From Geosiphon pyriformis uo1 (Eukaryota > Fungi > Glomeromycota), in NCBI GenBank assembly GCA_016748015.1, contig JAAOMT010000494.1:141435-205434 (forward strand): 64,000 nt of DNA. The letters run 5' to 3'. How positions within the stretch are numbered: position 1 is the stretch's first letter; the number at the start of each line of letters is the position of its first letter. Positions 1 through 12,952 of this stretch are shown here, one piece after another. The notes below the pieces were generated by a model. It saw only the letters and a program-made list of their open reading frames with translations, was not told the DNA's origin and did no database searches. A program made the position numbers and the translations under genes.

Positions 1-1349
1 TAATATTAATTTTTAATAACAATAATAACAATAAAAAAAAATTACTACCATTAAAAAGGATTAATAGTCATCTCTAAAAAATAGGGTAAAAAGTTTTCCA
101 GTCTGATGACAAAAGTTCATGAACATTGTCATCATTGCTCGTGAGAAATATTTTTGCTAAATTCTTTCAATGTGTCCTCAAGATTACACAGAGATTGGTT
201 CATCATAAAAATATGCACTGCTTTAATTTTTTTAAAAAAAGCTCAGTTTTGTCCCAATTTGAGAAGGTACATATTTTGATTAAATTTTTAAGCTTGATTC
301 AATTTGAAATTTTGTTTTTAGGAAGTGAAAAAACTTCCATGTATTTTGAAAACATGCTGATTGTTTGATTTATCTTCAAAATTTGCCAAAATTTAAATAA
401 CTCATTTGAATTTTTCAAGTTGTGACCTATTGGAGTGATGGCCATGTGAAGTCTTAATTTTTTACAAATTTTTAAGCCTCCAAAAAGTTGCTCGTTCTGT
501 TTGAGGAGGTTTTTGATCAAATTATTTTTAATAGATTAATATTACAAAAAGGGGATAAATTATGCAGACGCCGAATTTTTCGTGTGACAAAAATTTAGTA
601 TAACATTGCACAGTCAATGTGGATTTATTTTTACCAAATTTCGAACTTTCTGTGGGTCGGATCGAAGATCCCTTTGCCGAATTTTTTGTCAAAGAAATTA
701 GCAATTCTTGAAATTTTTTCGGTCCGAAGTATGTTATTTTACCGGCGGTGCGTTGCACTTCAACAAGATATTTTCTTAATCATCGTGGTTGAAGAAATGA
801 ACTGTAGTTATTTTTCATGACCAAAAGTTTTATTGTTTGACTTTTTGAAAAATTAAACGAATTTCATAAGATAAAGGGAAATTTTTGATATTTTAAAAGA
901 ATGTCACAAATGAAAATATATAAAATCTTTAAAATTAAGTTCCAAAGGCTTACTTTTATTATAACTCTTTTGAATTCAATTTATTTTCAAAAACCAGCTG
1001 ACATCATTTAAATTGATTATTGAGAATTGAAAGGATTTGTCTAAATGACCAATGTTAAAAGAAGCTATAGCTTGAATAAACGAAGCCAATGCTGAAAAAA
1101 TCTCGCTGAAATAATATTTGGCCAAGCTTTTTCTCAAAACTTTAAAAAACCTTTTAAGCTAGTGAGCTTTATAAATATTTTTTAATTTCTGGATAAAAAA
1201 TGGCTATGTTTTTAATCTAGATATTTGCTAATTTGAAAATACCCAAAAAAATCAATAAATTTTAACTGTAGGTATCATCCTTGAAACCTTCAATTTTTAC
1301 TTATGAGCTATGCTTAATTTTAAAGGAACTGTGAAGATTTTATTTCTAG

Positions 1350-1920
1350 GTGATACGGCTTATTACGCTTATCAGACTTATTGTTTACTTGCTGAATCGA
1401 GGTTTATCGATGAGAATATATATGGTATACAAGCTTCTATTTCGCTTGCAATCCTTTTAATTACTTATTTTAATACTGAATTTCTTTGAAATTAAATTTA
1501 GCATGGGTAACTCCAGCTCCAAAAAAATTTACCTTGAGAAATGCTGCTAAACATACAATTTCAATACAAGTTAGAGGGCGAGAATTAACCTATGAGAGAA
1601 TGGTGCAATGGGGCTTTTAAGACCTTGAAACGTGGAGGACATAAATTCTGGGAATATTTCAAAGTACCTTTAGAATCCTATGAAAGATATGAAAAAAATT
1701 TAAAAGACAGAATATTAGATCTTCTTGAGAAATATGTGTCCAACAAATCTTATAGAAATTATAGTTTTATTTTTACAGGTCACGGTGAAGGTGGAGGTAG
1801 GCAATAGTTATTTGTATATTTATGTTTAATATACATTTAACCAATATGTTTAAATTTTTTTAAAATCTTTAGCTACCTATGCTGCATTTGACTTTTGGGA
1901 AAATAACCTGGATAAATAAA
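1350..1920 (+). pseudogene. Class 3 lipase-like pseudogene, paralogue of the 17957-19350 gene
   Basis: Exon 1350-1424 reads DTAYYAYQTYC...NIY (cf. YAFYANKAYC...GLF in the intact paralogue). Intron 1425-1501, then ISIQVRGREL, a frameshift near 1590-1620, FIFTGHGEGG, intron 1797-1872, then ATYAAFDF and a stop. Both introns sit at the same positions as in the intact gene. Confidence 0.75.
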
Positions 1921-3345
1921 CATAAACATAAACATATTTTAATACTAAAAGATGGTTTGTTTTAAAACGAAATTGGCCAGAAACAGTTTTACGAAAACTT
2001 ATTGAGCAATTCAGATTTTATATTATATTCACGTATTAAATATGATTATTGAAAATGTAAATGAAACACCTCTTCTTTTTGATATTTTTAATAATAATAA
2101 TAATAATAATAATAATTATAATAATAAAATAATACTACTACTATTTAAAAAAAACTGGAGTACTAATTTCACGCAAATTGAGAAGAATATATAAATAGCA
2201 ATAAAATAATATTTATTTTTTTCACAGTCATTTAATGACTTTCTTTTCAAACATTGATTTAATGAAAAAACAAAAATATGGACATAATTTCAGGTGAATT
2301 AACCAACAAACCTCAACCATTATATATAAATATATAAATATAATATCCATTTTAATCAAATATAAAATATTTCTTTATTATAGCATCACCAATTATATAA
2401 CAATTGAATGATTAAAGAAACAAAAAATCCAACATTTTTTGGTCATATTCAATCATATTGTTATTAAATTGCATGAAATCAAGTTGATTAAGCATTTATT
2501 GAAATGTTGTGATATTTTTAATGTTCATAATAAAACAAAAAATAAGATTATTTTATTATTAAAATTGGCTTGAAAACCTCAAAAATTCAATTACATATAC
2601 ATAATTAAAATAATACTAATAATTTATAATTTTGAAAAGTCATCTAATTGATAGTTTTAATGATAATTATTATAATCTTGAAACTATTAATTTTACAAAT
2701 TTATAAAATTAAATAATTTATATTTTTAAATATAAAATTTGGTATTTGTAAAGACAGCGAAAAGTTCCTCCTCTGAGAAAAATTGTAAGGCATAACAAAT
2801 AATAATAAAAAATACTGCGATTCCCTTTAGTTTTGTCGCTAATAAGTAAATAAGTTTCATTGAATGGAAAAACAACTTTTAAATAAGTTTTCTGGTTCTT
2901 AAAATTGGTGATTTTTTCGGCATCTTTCTAATAATTTATAATTACAAGTTTGAAATCACTAGAGATAACACTTTTGAATTTCTACTTTAATAAGTCTATT
3001 TCGATTCAGATTTCTTGCCAAAAAGATTGGGTTAGTGTGAAAATCAAAATCAATTTTTAGGTCTAGCTTTTTTGACTGTAAGTTATTTCATATAGGCATA
3101 AAAATAGGCAGTGTATATTGAGATGCATTCTTTAGAGTCCTTTTTACCATCCTTAATGTTCTGCAGCAAACATGTTTGCATTAGTTAATTTGACAAAATA
3201 TCCACTCGATTCTTCTATTTCAAAACTCTGCTTTTTTAATTTCAAAGCTATTATGTAACAAATTATACTACTATTAAAAATTGCAAATAAAGAAATCACA
3301 AATTTAAAAACCTGAGACTTCTAATTTCGTTAATACAAAATTTTC

Positions 3346-3379
<34 letters not shown>

Positions 3380-4517
3380 TTTGAGAATAATCTAAAAAAT
3401 TAAATACATGATTAATTTCATATTTATTAATTTAAATCATGATTTAATAACTAAGAATAGAATTAATTTTTAAAAAATTTATATATATATTCCTAGTCAA
3501 AAAATAAATAAAATTATATATATATTATTAAAAATAATCTGAATAAAGACAAAAATAATTTGTGATTAATTTACTATTACAATAAAAAAACCCCCAATTC
3601 TTAGAAATAGTTTTATAGAAAAAAAGACTAATAAAAAAATATTCAATCAGAATTTTTATATAAAAAACTTTTATATTTCCAAGCAACTTTATTTATATAA
3701 TTTATTTTTCAATATTGTTAAATAAACTTTTTATAATTATTTTATCTTAATTATAACTTTTAGTAAATTATTTTTATATAAAGCGAATAAAGCATTAAAA
3801 ATTTAAAAATATTTTCAATAAAAAATGTGTGAATTGAATGCTTAATTATAAAAATTTGTAAAAAAATTATTTTTATAATATTAGCAAAAGAATTTCATTT
3901 TTTTGTACTAAATTAATGCAATCAAACAAAATATTTCATTTATTATTATTAAAATTTTTTAATTTAAAAAATATATTAATTATTTATTTTTAAATATCGG
4001 CATAAAATATTGCCACTCGTTAAATGTTTAATAAAAATAAAAATAAAAATAAAAAAATATTGCTTGCTATGAACATGCTCAATATTTATAATAAAAGTAT
4101 TGCAATATAATATCCATAACTTCTCTCAACAGTATGGAAAGCTTGAAATTCTGTCAAATCCAGTTATATTTTTTTTAAAAAGGTTTTTTGCAAAATAAAA
4201 AACTAATGTGATAATTTCTTGTTTAGAATTTTTATCATATAAAACAATAACAACGATAATAGCGATAATAGCGATATAACGGAAGTCACCATTTTATTTT
4301 ATATCCAAAATATGGTCCATTATGTGAATTTAAGATCAAATATTTACCAATCCCGATCTCTAAATTCGATGCTCACATGATCATATTATGACATAATAGG
4401 CAGATATATCATCTGAAAACATATCATTCTGACTTTATTTTAACAAAAGGGAAAAGATTGCTACAACTATAATCTCACGTTTTCGGATCTAAATCAATCA
4501 CTTTTAACTAATAATAC

Positions 4518-4565
<48 letters not shown>

Positions 4566-4719
4566 CTTACCAAATTCTCACATTCTATGTCAGGCAAATG
4601 CATATCATAAACGAATCAGAGTCAGGCTAGATTCAAAGATATATATAAAGACATTCCCAAACTCTCAATTTTCTTAATTAAACATATCTCTTTTAATCCA
4701 ACTATATTTCTATTAAAGG

Positions 4720-5435
4720 ATGCCACGTGTAAAATCTATTCCAAGACTTCCCAATTCACCACCAAAAACCCCAATAAAATTTTCCCCCGTCCGGAAATCG
4801 CGAATGACGTCCGTGAAAAATCATTTATTAACAAAAACAGAGCCTTCTTACCGTCATAAAGAATCAAGTAAAATAACAACAAAAAGGTCAAAAGGAGCAT
4901 CACTAAAACATTATCCTTATGATCAACACGATAACAAGAGATTCAAGACCGAATTAAGAACGGCTAACGATATCAATACTAAAACCCCAAAGAGATTCCA
5001 TATCAAGACTTTCGACAATCGATTTTTAGGTAATGGAATATGGGGGTTGGAAATTCTTGGTGATACCAACGAAATCATGCATCTCGAAAATCATGGAAAT
5101 AAAGTTTTCAGTATAAATAAAGATCAGGAATTGTGTGATGAAACTGGACATCTTCTTACTTTCTTACCACATGGACTAGCAAATGGAGCTTTTATTATTA
5201 AAGTCAAGATGATATCCAATGAGGTAATCAATTAATAATTTTTATTATTTGAAAAATATTCTTTATAATTGCTAAAAGTTTTTTTCTCCCAATTCAGAGT
5301 GTCCTTGAAGCCATAAACGCGTCCAACAATTCAGGCGGGAAATTTCTTGCTGCAGCTAAAGATTGTCTCGAGTTATCAGATTTTGATGATTCAAAGTCCA
5401 AGTTTGATTTAATGGCGACTCATGAAGATGATTAG
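4720..5435 (+). CDS. Hypothetical 213-aa protein with basic S/T-P-rich N-terminus and possible fascin-like beta-trefoil C-terminal domain; exons 4720-5223, 5298-5435
   Basis: Phase-0 intron GAG|GTAATC...TTCAG joins the 171-aa ORF to an open second exon (SVLEAINAS...GKFLAAAKDCLELSDFDDSKSKFDLMATHEDD*). TATA-like TATATAAA near 4642. The domain call rests on motif resemblance only. Confidence 0.7.
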
Positions 5436-5950
5436 TATAAAAATTGGCTTAAAATTTCTTGAATTGGAAATTAGAAAATTCAATAATTTAAGCATTCACC
5501 TTAGTCATAGCTTTATGGTTAGAAACTATATGAAAACTTGAAACCAATTCAATTATTTGAGGTTTCAATTTGTAATTTTTCGTTGTGAAATATATAAACC
5601 TGTAAAGAAAAAAGAAAATCTTCAAGTTATTATTTTTCACCTTTAATTCTTTGATTTTTAATGTTTTGCCAAAGTTTTAAAAAAAGCAGGGCAATAAAAG
5701 AAGATTCATAATTTTTCTATTTTTGGTTAAATGAATTTAAATATTACAAATTAATCACGTGTGTCCAAAAAAGGCTGAAACTCACGGAATCCTAATTAGT
5801 AATTCAATGAGTAGATCAATGTCATCTCCCTTTCACCATTCATGTTTAAAATCCTTAAAAAGGCTCTGTTACGGTTACTTTTCAACTTGAACCACTAAAT
5901 TTCTTCTCAATAAAGTCCTCGAAAATCCTTTTTAAACTAAAAAATTTATC

Positions 5951-6278
5951 ATGTCCATTGAATCAATAATCAAACAAGGGATCACCTATAACGGCTGCTG
6001 GCCAACAAGCCCCAAACATGATAAAATCGATAAAAATGGAGATTTAGACAGTAAAGTAACCATCAAATCTTTGAGGTCGGAACGAAATCCAGAACAAGAA
6101 ATTCATAGAGTAGCCTATGAGACATTACAAGAATGCGTTGATGTTTTAGCTACGTTGCTGTATGATGAAAATTATACGTGGGAAAGTCAAATGTTACCGA
6201 AAAGTACAATCGGAAAGCATGTTAGGTATGTTACCTTTTTGATAAGATTGAGGGAATTTCTGGCGAAGATGATTTTGA

Positions 6279-6330
<52 letters not shown>

Positions 6331-7190
6331 AAACCTCCCCCTCCCACAAGTTGATGAATGATTTTCAAAAATATTTGGTCATATTTTCTCATATTTTTTA
6401 TTCGCCTTATTTCTCTCAATCTATTCATTCAAAATATTCACACGAGAAAGACACATATATGATCATTTTCATCCATTATTTTCAAAAAAACCGGAATTTG
6501 TGGAAAATTTGAATTTTTCATTAGAATATGATGGGACTCTTGTTGAATCTTTACAAAATGGAGCTTCAGAAAAATGGTGGGATGTTAATTATGATGATCG
6601 CATGGATCATGTAAGTGAAAAAAGATGTTCAATTAACATGATTCGAGAATGAAGATTTTAAAAACTGTCTATTGCATCATTTTCTTTTTATATTTATATA
6701 TATTCCTTCAAATTATATTTTTGTAGTTATCTATAGAAAAATCTCGAATTGAGGCTATAAAACAAATTAAAAAATTACAACAATCGATTCTAGAAAGTTG
6801 CTACAATACTTCCCTCTTGTTACCGATTCATTTGAAAGCTACCGTTGATTCCAATTCTTTAATCAATCCTATACAATTTTCTTCCACTTATGGAAGGGAA
6901 TTATGGTTTTGTTGTCTTCATGCGGTATGTATACATTTTGACTTGAATTTTAAAGAGAAACCAGATTTTTTTTTATTATAATGTGCATGTCTTGATGATA
7001 ATTAAATTCCATAATCACCATTATATTTCCCCTGAAAATTTTCACACTTCAAAAGGTTCATCATTACGCTCTAATTAGAGTAATATGTGGTGAACAGAAT
7101 ATAGTTTGTCCTGATGATTTTGGTGTAGCTCCTTCGACTCTTAAGAAACGTCATGATCACGAAAATGATACATTGAACAATGAGGAATGA
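5951..7190 (+). CDS. DinB/YfiT-superfamily putative metalloprotein; exons 5951-6225, 6451-6610, 6727-6924, 7056-7190
   Basis: Three GT-AG introns give a continuous frame with STIGKHVRHIYDHF, VNYDDR, SSTYGRELWFCCLHAVHHYALIR and FGVAPST, the motif set of the bacterial/fungal DinB-like family with a His metal triad. Confidence 0.85.
6277..6331 (+). repeat. (GAAA)n microsatellite in intron 1 of the DinB-like gene
   Basis: Direct tandem GAAA run; it explains the spurious KERKKERK tail of the predicted ORF. Confidence 0.95.
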
Positions 7191-7631
7191 AGGAAGGATT
7201 TTACAAAGATATTTTTCGAAATTTCAACGATTAACTCTAATATCGAAAACAGTCTTGGATTTATTAGATAAATCGTAGGAATTTTAACACAATCAATTCG
7301 CTTCTTTCAAAGAATGTCGAATACTTTCAACAAGTTGGCTGATAAACCTGAGAAGTTGGATATCTTGATTAATAAACCTGAAGATAATTACAGATATTTC
7401 AAATAGATTGTATTGATCTTGAGAAATTTATTAGCAAACAAGAATAAAAGTTTTTCCGAATAAATTGAATTGAATTGAATTGAAACTTTTCAGATGAAAA
7501 TATTTTGGATTGGCCCTTTTTTTTATGTGAATCCAACACACATTTGAGTATGTGATAATTCAAAAAGGCCGTTTCCATTTTGCGAACAAAAGCTGTTTGA
7601 AGTAGGGTAAGATAAGGATGATATGACGTTA

Positions 7632-7663
<32 letters not shown>

Positions 7664-7856
7664 AATGTTGATAATAGGATTCTGATCCAATTGATAAATG
7701 TAATATGCAGGAATCTGATAGTATTATGGAAAGTGATCTCAATTTTTCAAATCAAATATTTTCATGAATTGATTTTTAGATTTTTTATAAAAACCAAGCT
7801 CAAACGAGTAGTATACTAAATTAGCAAAATTTCAAACAGTAACATCATCAAAAAAT

Positions 7857-8162
7857 ATGAACAGATCAACTCAACATCATCCCGCAACAGTAACAATTCG
7901 TCAGAACAGTTTTTCATACATTTACGCCCTATCCTATGCCAAAATGAAAATCTGTCATGAAGATGATAATTTACATAATCAAATTTTAATCTCTGCTTGT
8001 ATTTCTCGAAATCTAAAAAATAGAAGAGTTTTAGAAGCATCGAGAAAAGAACGAAGAGATCAATTACGTGAACAAGTAATGACTAGGGCTGGAGTTAAGA
8101 TGATGAATTGGAAATCTTTAGATCAAAGATTTGGAAAGTTGAAAATTCGTGAATTTAGATAA
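7857..8162 (+). CDS. Small 101-aa hypothetical protein with a SERTA-like helical motif
   Basis: Intact ATG ORF in A-rich start context (AAAAATATG), GC-richer than its flanks, with amphipathic segment YIYALSYAKMKICHEDDNLHNQILISACI. Confidence 0.55.
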   Translation: MNRSTQHHPATVTIRQNSFSYIYALSYAKMKICHEDDNLHNQILISACISRNLKNRRVLEASRKERRDQLREQVMTRAGVKMMNWKSLDQRFGKLKIREFR

Positions 8163-9782
8163 TAAAGGATAATTTTATTGTAGAAAAAAATGATAATTTT
8201 AACTCATTTAAATATTTTTTGATTTGGATTTGAATGATTTTAAGAAACTGTTTTACATTTTATTATAACTTGTTCTAATTAGAATTTTTTTGACTTAAAA
8301 TTATTAGAGATAGGGTTAAAGAAAAATATAAGTTTCTTGAATTTAGATAGAGCATTCACAATTTTTCTTTCTGCAAAGAAATTTTTTTTAAAAATAAAAA
8401 CAAAAACAAAAACAAATGTATAAGAAATTAATATGATAATATTTGAAAGTGATTTTTTTGTAATTATAATGTTTTATTTAATAAATAATAAATAATAATA
8501 AATAATAAATAATAAATTGATTTAATTTTATATTTAAAAATTTACGATTATTCATAAAAAATATAGAATAATAATAAGATTTAGTATCGTTGAATAATAT
8601 AAAAATTTAATATAAATAAAATAAAAAAAAAGATTTAAAAAGATTTATTAATAAGTAACTTTTTTTTTTCAGTGGTTTTAAATAAATTTAAATTGTTTTT
8701 AATATATATTTAAATTTAAGCAAATTTTTTTTTTCAAGATATTTTTTAATATATTGTAATTTTCTGAATCTTATGTAATCATTATAAAAATTACTAAATT
8801 ATTTCTGAATAAAAAAAAAAGTAAGATTAAAATTACCAAAAAAAAAAAGGGAAATTGATAAAGAATATTATTGGGTAAACATTTCAATGTTGAGATATTT
8901 TGCAAGTTTATCATGAATGAAATAATCATTTTTTTTTTTTTTTACTTAATAAACAAAAGCATTTTTAACATCTTTGTCCAACATGAAAAATTATTCTCAT
9001 TATTTGGTTTATATAATATTTATAGCTAGAAATATTCTTTTTTCCAAAAACATTAAATTTTTTCTTTCTAAAATAATATTAACAAATATTTAAAAAATGT
9101 GGTTTTAAAAGTGAATATATTGAAGTTTTGCTAACTTTTTAAATTGAGTATGTGTGCTAATATTAATAGGTAAAGATTTGAAAGAAGACAGGATTGTTTT
9201 AGTCGCTCGAGATTTTAGTAAACTGTGCAAAATCACATAATGTTCTGAGAAACTTTAATACATCTCAAAATAACTATTTACCAAATAATCAATTTTTTTT
9301 TTGATAAATATTTGTTCAATTAAATCGAATGTTCAAAATCTTTACTTTTTGATCTTGATAATCATTAGATACTTGAATTGGTGGCCACACTTTCAAATTT
9401 TAGTGGGACTTTTAAGTTAGCAAAATAATCATTTTTAATATTTGTAATGATATGAATCACCAAAAATTATCAGGTTCTTTCGATTAATATCATTAATAGT
9501 CTTGTTAATAATTCGAAAATTGGATCTAGAAATGGTTTTCAATCATCATATTATAAATTTCGATTCTCATTATTTTTAACTTTTTTTAAAATTCATAAAA
9601 ATTATGATGACGTCCATCCGTACAATAATCACCAAAAATAAAACAATGTATTAATTAAATATAATGGATAGATTGAAAAAAAAATTTTTTTAATAAAGAT
9701 TTTGGAAAAAATTAAATTGTATAAAAAAGATTTTTGATAATTATTTTTTATTTTATCAATTTACTTGTATAAATAGTATTAG

Positions 9783-9816
9783 TTATAATAATAACAATAA
9801 TAATAATAATAATAAC

Positions 9817-9853
<37 letters not shown>

Positions 9854-9890
9854 CCAAGATATAATCAAATTTAAAATAAAATAGTATTAG

Positions 9891-9923
<33 letters not shown>

Positions 9924-10015
9924 TACCAAGATAAAATCAAATTTAAAATAAAATAGTATTAGTAATAATAATAATAATAATAATAATATTGCCAAGATAT
10001 AATCAATTTAAAATA
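9783..10015. repeat. Compound minisatellite: about three copies of a ~70-bp unit (ATTACCAAGATATAATCAAATTTAAAATAAAATAGTATTAGT) separated by (AAT)n
   Basis: Unit visible at ~9850, ~9921 and, truncated, at ~9990. Confidence 0.85.
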
Positions 10016-11482
10016 AATTAATAATATTTTGAATAAAAAAATAAAAAAAATAATAAATCAAAATTTTTGTTTAATGATTGATTTTCTTTTTATTTAATTC
10101 ATATTATTATATTTATTTTTAATTAGAAAAAAATTGTTGAATTATAATTTTTAAATATAATAATATAATTCGAATATTTTTTGATTAAATTTTTAAAACA
10201 AAAAGATTAAAATATTTTAGTTTTTTTGACCAATTTTATAAATAAAATATTTATTGTAATAATAATAATAATAATAATAATTTTCGGGATATTTTTGATT
10301 TGTAAAATATTTTTTTAATTTATAATTGGGTTTTTTCAATTGAATTATAATATATGTATATCTCCATTATGAATTAATTAAAAAAAATCTTTGGAATTTA
10401 AGTAGAGTAAGATTAAATTCATAAAAACAATGACTCAACGACTAATTTTTGTAATTAAAATTAAAATTAAAATTGATTTATTGTTATACATTTTAAAATT
10501 TAAAATTTTGTTATCCATTAATAAATAAAAAATTTATATGATTAATAGACAAATATATAAATAAATAAATATTTTAAAAACACAATGTTACAAGAATAAA
10601 TAAATAAATAAATAAATAAATAAATATTTTAAAAAAACATAATATTACAAAATAAATAAAGTATAAGAAAAATCATGAGATATTTTTACATCTCTTTGGG
10701 GGAGAATCACAATACTTTCGGGGATTAAAAGTTCTTAAAATTCAAATCATCTTTTTTGCGCCACGGATAAAATTCCATTTCGGTTTCATTTATCTATCTT
10801 TTGTCACTTTCGGGAAAGATTTTCCCTGTCGGCATTATCAATTGACAGGTACGACAGCAAAGATTCATATGGAAAGTAAACAAAAAAGTGGGCTAAACAC
10901 AAAAAAAAAACAAATATTCGTGTTTCGTCTCACAATTGATTTTCGACATTGTTCCAAAAATGGTGACAATCTAGGGAAATTTTTATTCACCATTATTCAG
11001 CAAGTTACAAGTCAGTCAGTCAGTCAGTCAGTCAGCCAGCCTAAAAGTATCTTTGAAAAAACCGGGAAAATGTTATGCCCATTGAAGTCGTATTTTTGGA
11101 AGTGAATTTTTTTTAATCTTCATCATAACTGATAAAGATTTTTCTAAATTAAAAATTAACATTGGATTTCAAATGAACTTTCGGGAATTAATTGATGAAA
11201 TCATGGGCTGAGCTAAAAATATTTTGGTTAGAATCTAACTAACTCCACGATAATTATCAACTCGTCACTTGGTGAATTCCATTATTGAATGAACTTCAGA
11301 ATCAGGTTAGGGACAAATTTGTTAAAAATCGGATAAACAATCCCCAAATGGCGTTTTTTTTTTTTCAATAGATGATTTTCATACTAGTTTCCTAACTTTT
11401 GCATGAAGATCATACGCGTTTCTTGATGATTTGAAATCGTAAAAATTGACAGGCGGTAAGACAAAGATAAATTAATGCATCA

Positions 11483-11529
<47 letters not shown>

Positions 11530-11935
11530 GACTGGATTAAAAATGAAATTACTAAAAAAACTAGGTCACACAATTAAAAGACATATTTTATTATGAATCG
11601 GTAAATGAGTTGTTAAACTGAATTGCCGATGCAAAATAAAGGGGACAAATATGCATTGATCTTACGTATGCATCATTTGAAAGATTCTTGATCATGAATT
11701 TCGATGTAAATCTCTGATATCAAAAATACTTTTTTTTTGATTTTTTTAGAAAAAAAAAAAATCTTCGATTTTACAAATTTCACCTAAATTTTCTATTTTT
11801 TGCCATTTCATTTTTCGGGATCTAATTCTCCCAATTTTAAGAAAAATCTAAATGATTCGATCATTGTGACCTCAATTCATTTATAAGCAAATGATATGAT
11901 TAAAAGACAATTGATATTTTAGGCCCATTAACAAT

Positions 11936-11981
<46 letters not shown>

Positions 11982-12258
11982 GTATTGATGATGACATGAT
12001 AAATGATGAAGTGATAAATTTATCAAAGACCAATTACAGCTTATTAAGATATCATCATCTCTGCGTACCTTTGCATCTACATCTCATATATACAACTTTT
12101 GAATAAAATTAAAAAAATCTTTAATCAAACGAATTTAGTTAGAAACTCTTTCACTTCAAAGAATGTTTTTACTTTTTGACAACATCGTTTTGCATAAGCA
12201 TAAAATTTGAGATACTGTCCGTGATCGAAACTTTTCTTTTTTTAAGACAAAAAGATCC

Positions 12259-12325
12259 GTGAGTGAATGAATGAATGAGTTAGTGAGTTAGTTAGTGAGT
12301 TAGTGAGTTAGTGAGTGAGTGAATG
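12259..12325. repeat. Compound microsatellite (GAAT)/(GTTAGTGA)/(GAGT) upstream of the glucosylceramide synthase gene
   Basis: Directly visible tandem units. Confidence 0.85.
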
Positions 12326-12952
12326 TTAAAAGAAAAAAAAATTTTTTTTTTTTTTAAATAGAATCTAATTGATCATCTTTTAAGAAAAATTTCACCAAAG
12401 TGGGTCAACACAATACATGAGAAATGATTGGATACACTTAATAACTTTACAATACCTATAAGCACTGCGTTCCCTTTTTGTTAATTAAAAATCTTTTCTG
12501 ATACAAAACTGGTCAAATAAACATCATCATCGATATGAGATAATTGATCATTTGAATGAAAAAAGAAGCAAACATCTCTTTTCTCACAATAAATTAAATG
12601 TTTAACATATCCCCCCCCCCTTTTTCGGTGACGTTTCAAGGACTTACTTGTTATTCAAAATCAATAATAACATCCTATCCTAACTATTTTGGTATATTGT
12701 GTTCCCGTCGCATTTGTATTTATTTCTTCGGTTTTTTTTTTCAAACTATACCTTCTGTTCAGTTTTATTTATTCTTAAATTGTTTTTGTGCTTTTTCGCA
12801 CACTATTAACGCGTTCTAATAGTTTCTTCCCCCACCACAACCACCTTTTTATTCTTTCAATCATCCCCCAAGACTTTATTCAACTATTAAGAACTCCCGA
12901 TTACTGAAAAAAACATCTCACTTTATCTATAACCAAAAGATCTTATGCTCAA

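Noticed and set aside
6231-6428. Minus-strand FFLS-repeat ORF and the KERK tail of ORF 5951-6361
   Set aside because: Both come from the intronic (GAAA)n repeat; the real gene splices at 6225/6226.
9783-9995. 70-aa Leu/Ile-rich membrane-peptide ORF
   Set aside because: Translation of an (AAT)n-containing minisatellite.
12259-12325. Telomere-like repeat (GTTAGTGA)
   Set aside because: Not TTAGGG, short, internal and mixed with GAAT/GAGT units; an ordinary microsatellite.
12598-12819. Possible uORF or separate gene upstream of GCS
   Set aside because: Low-complexity T-rich translation with no motif; cannot be supported without transcript data.
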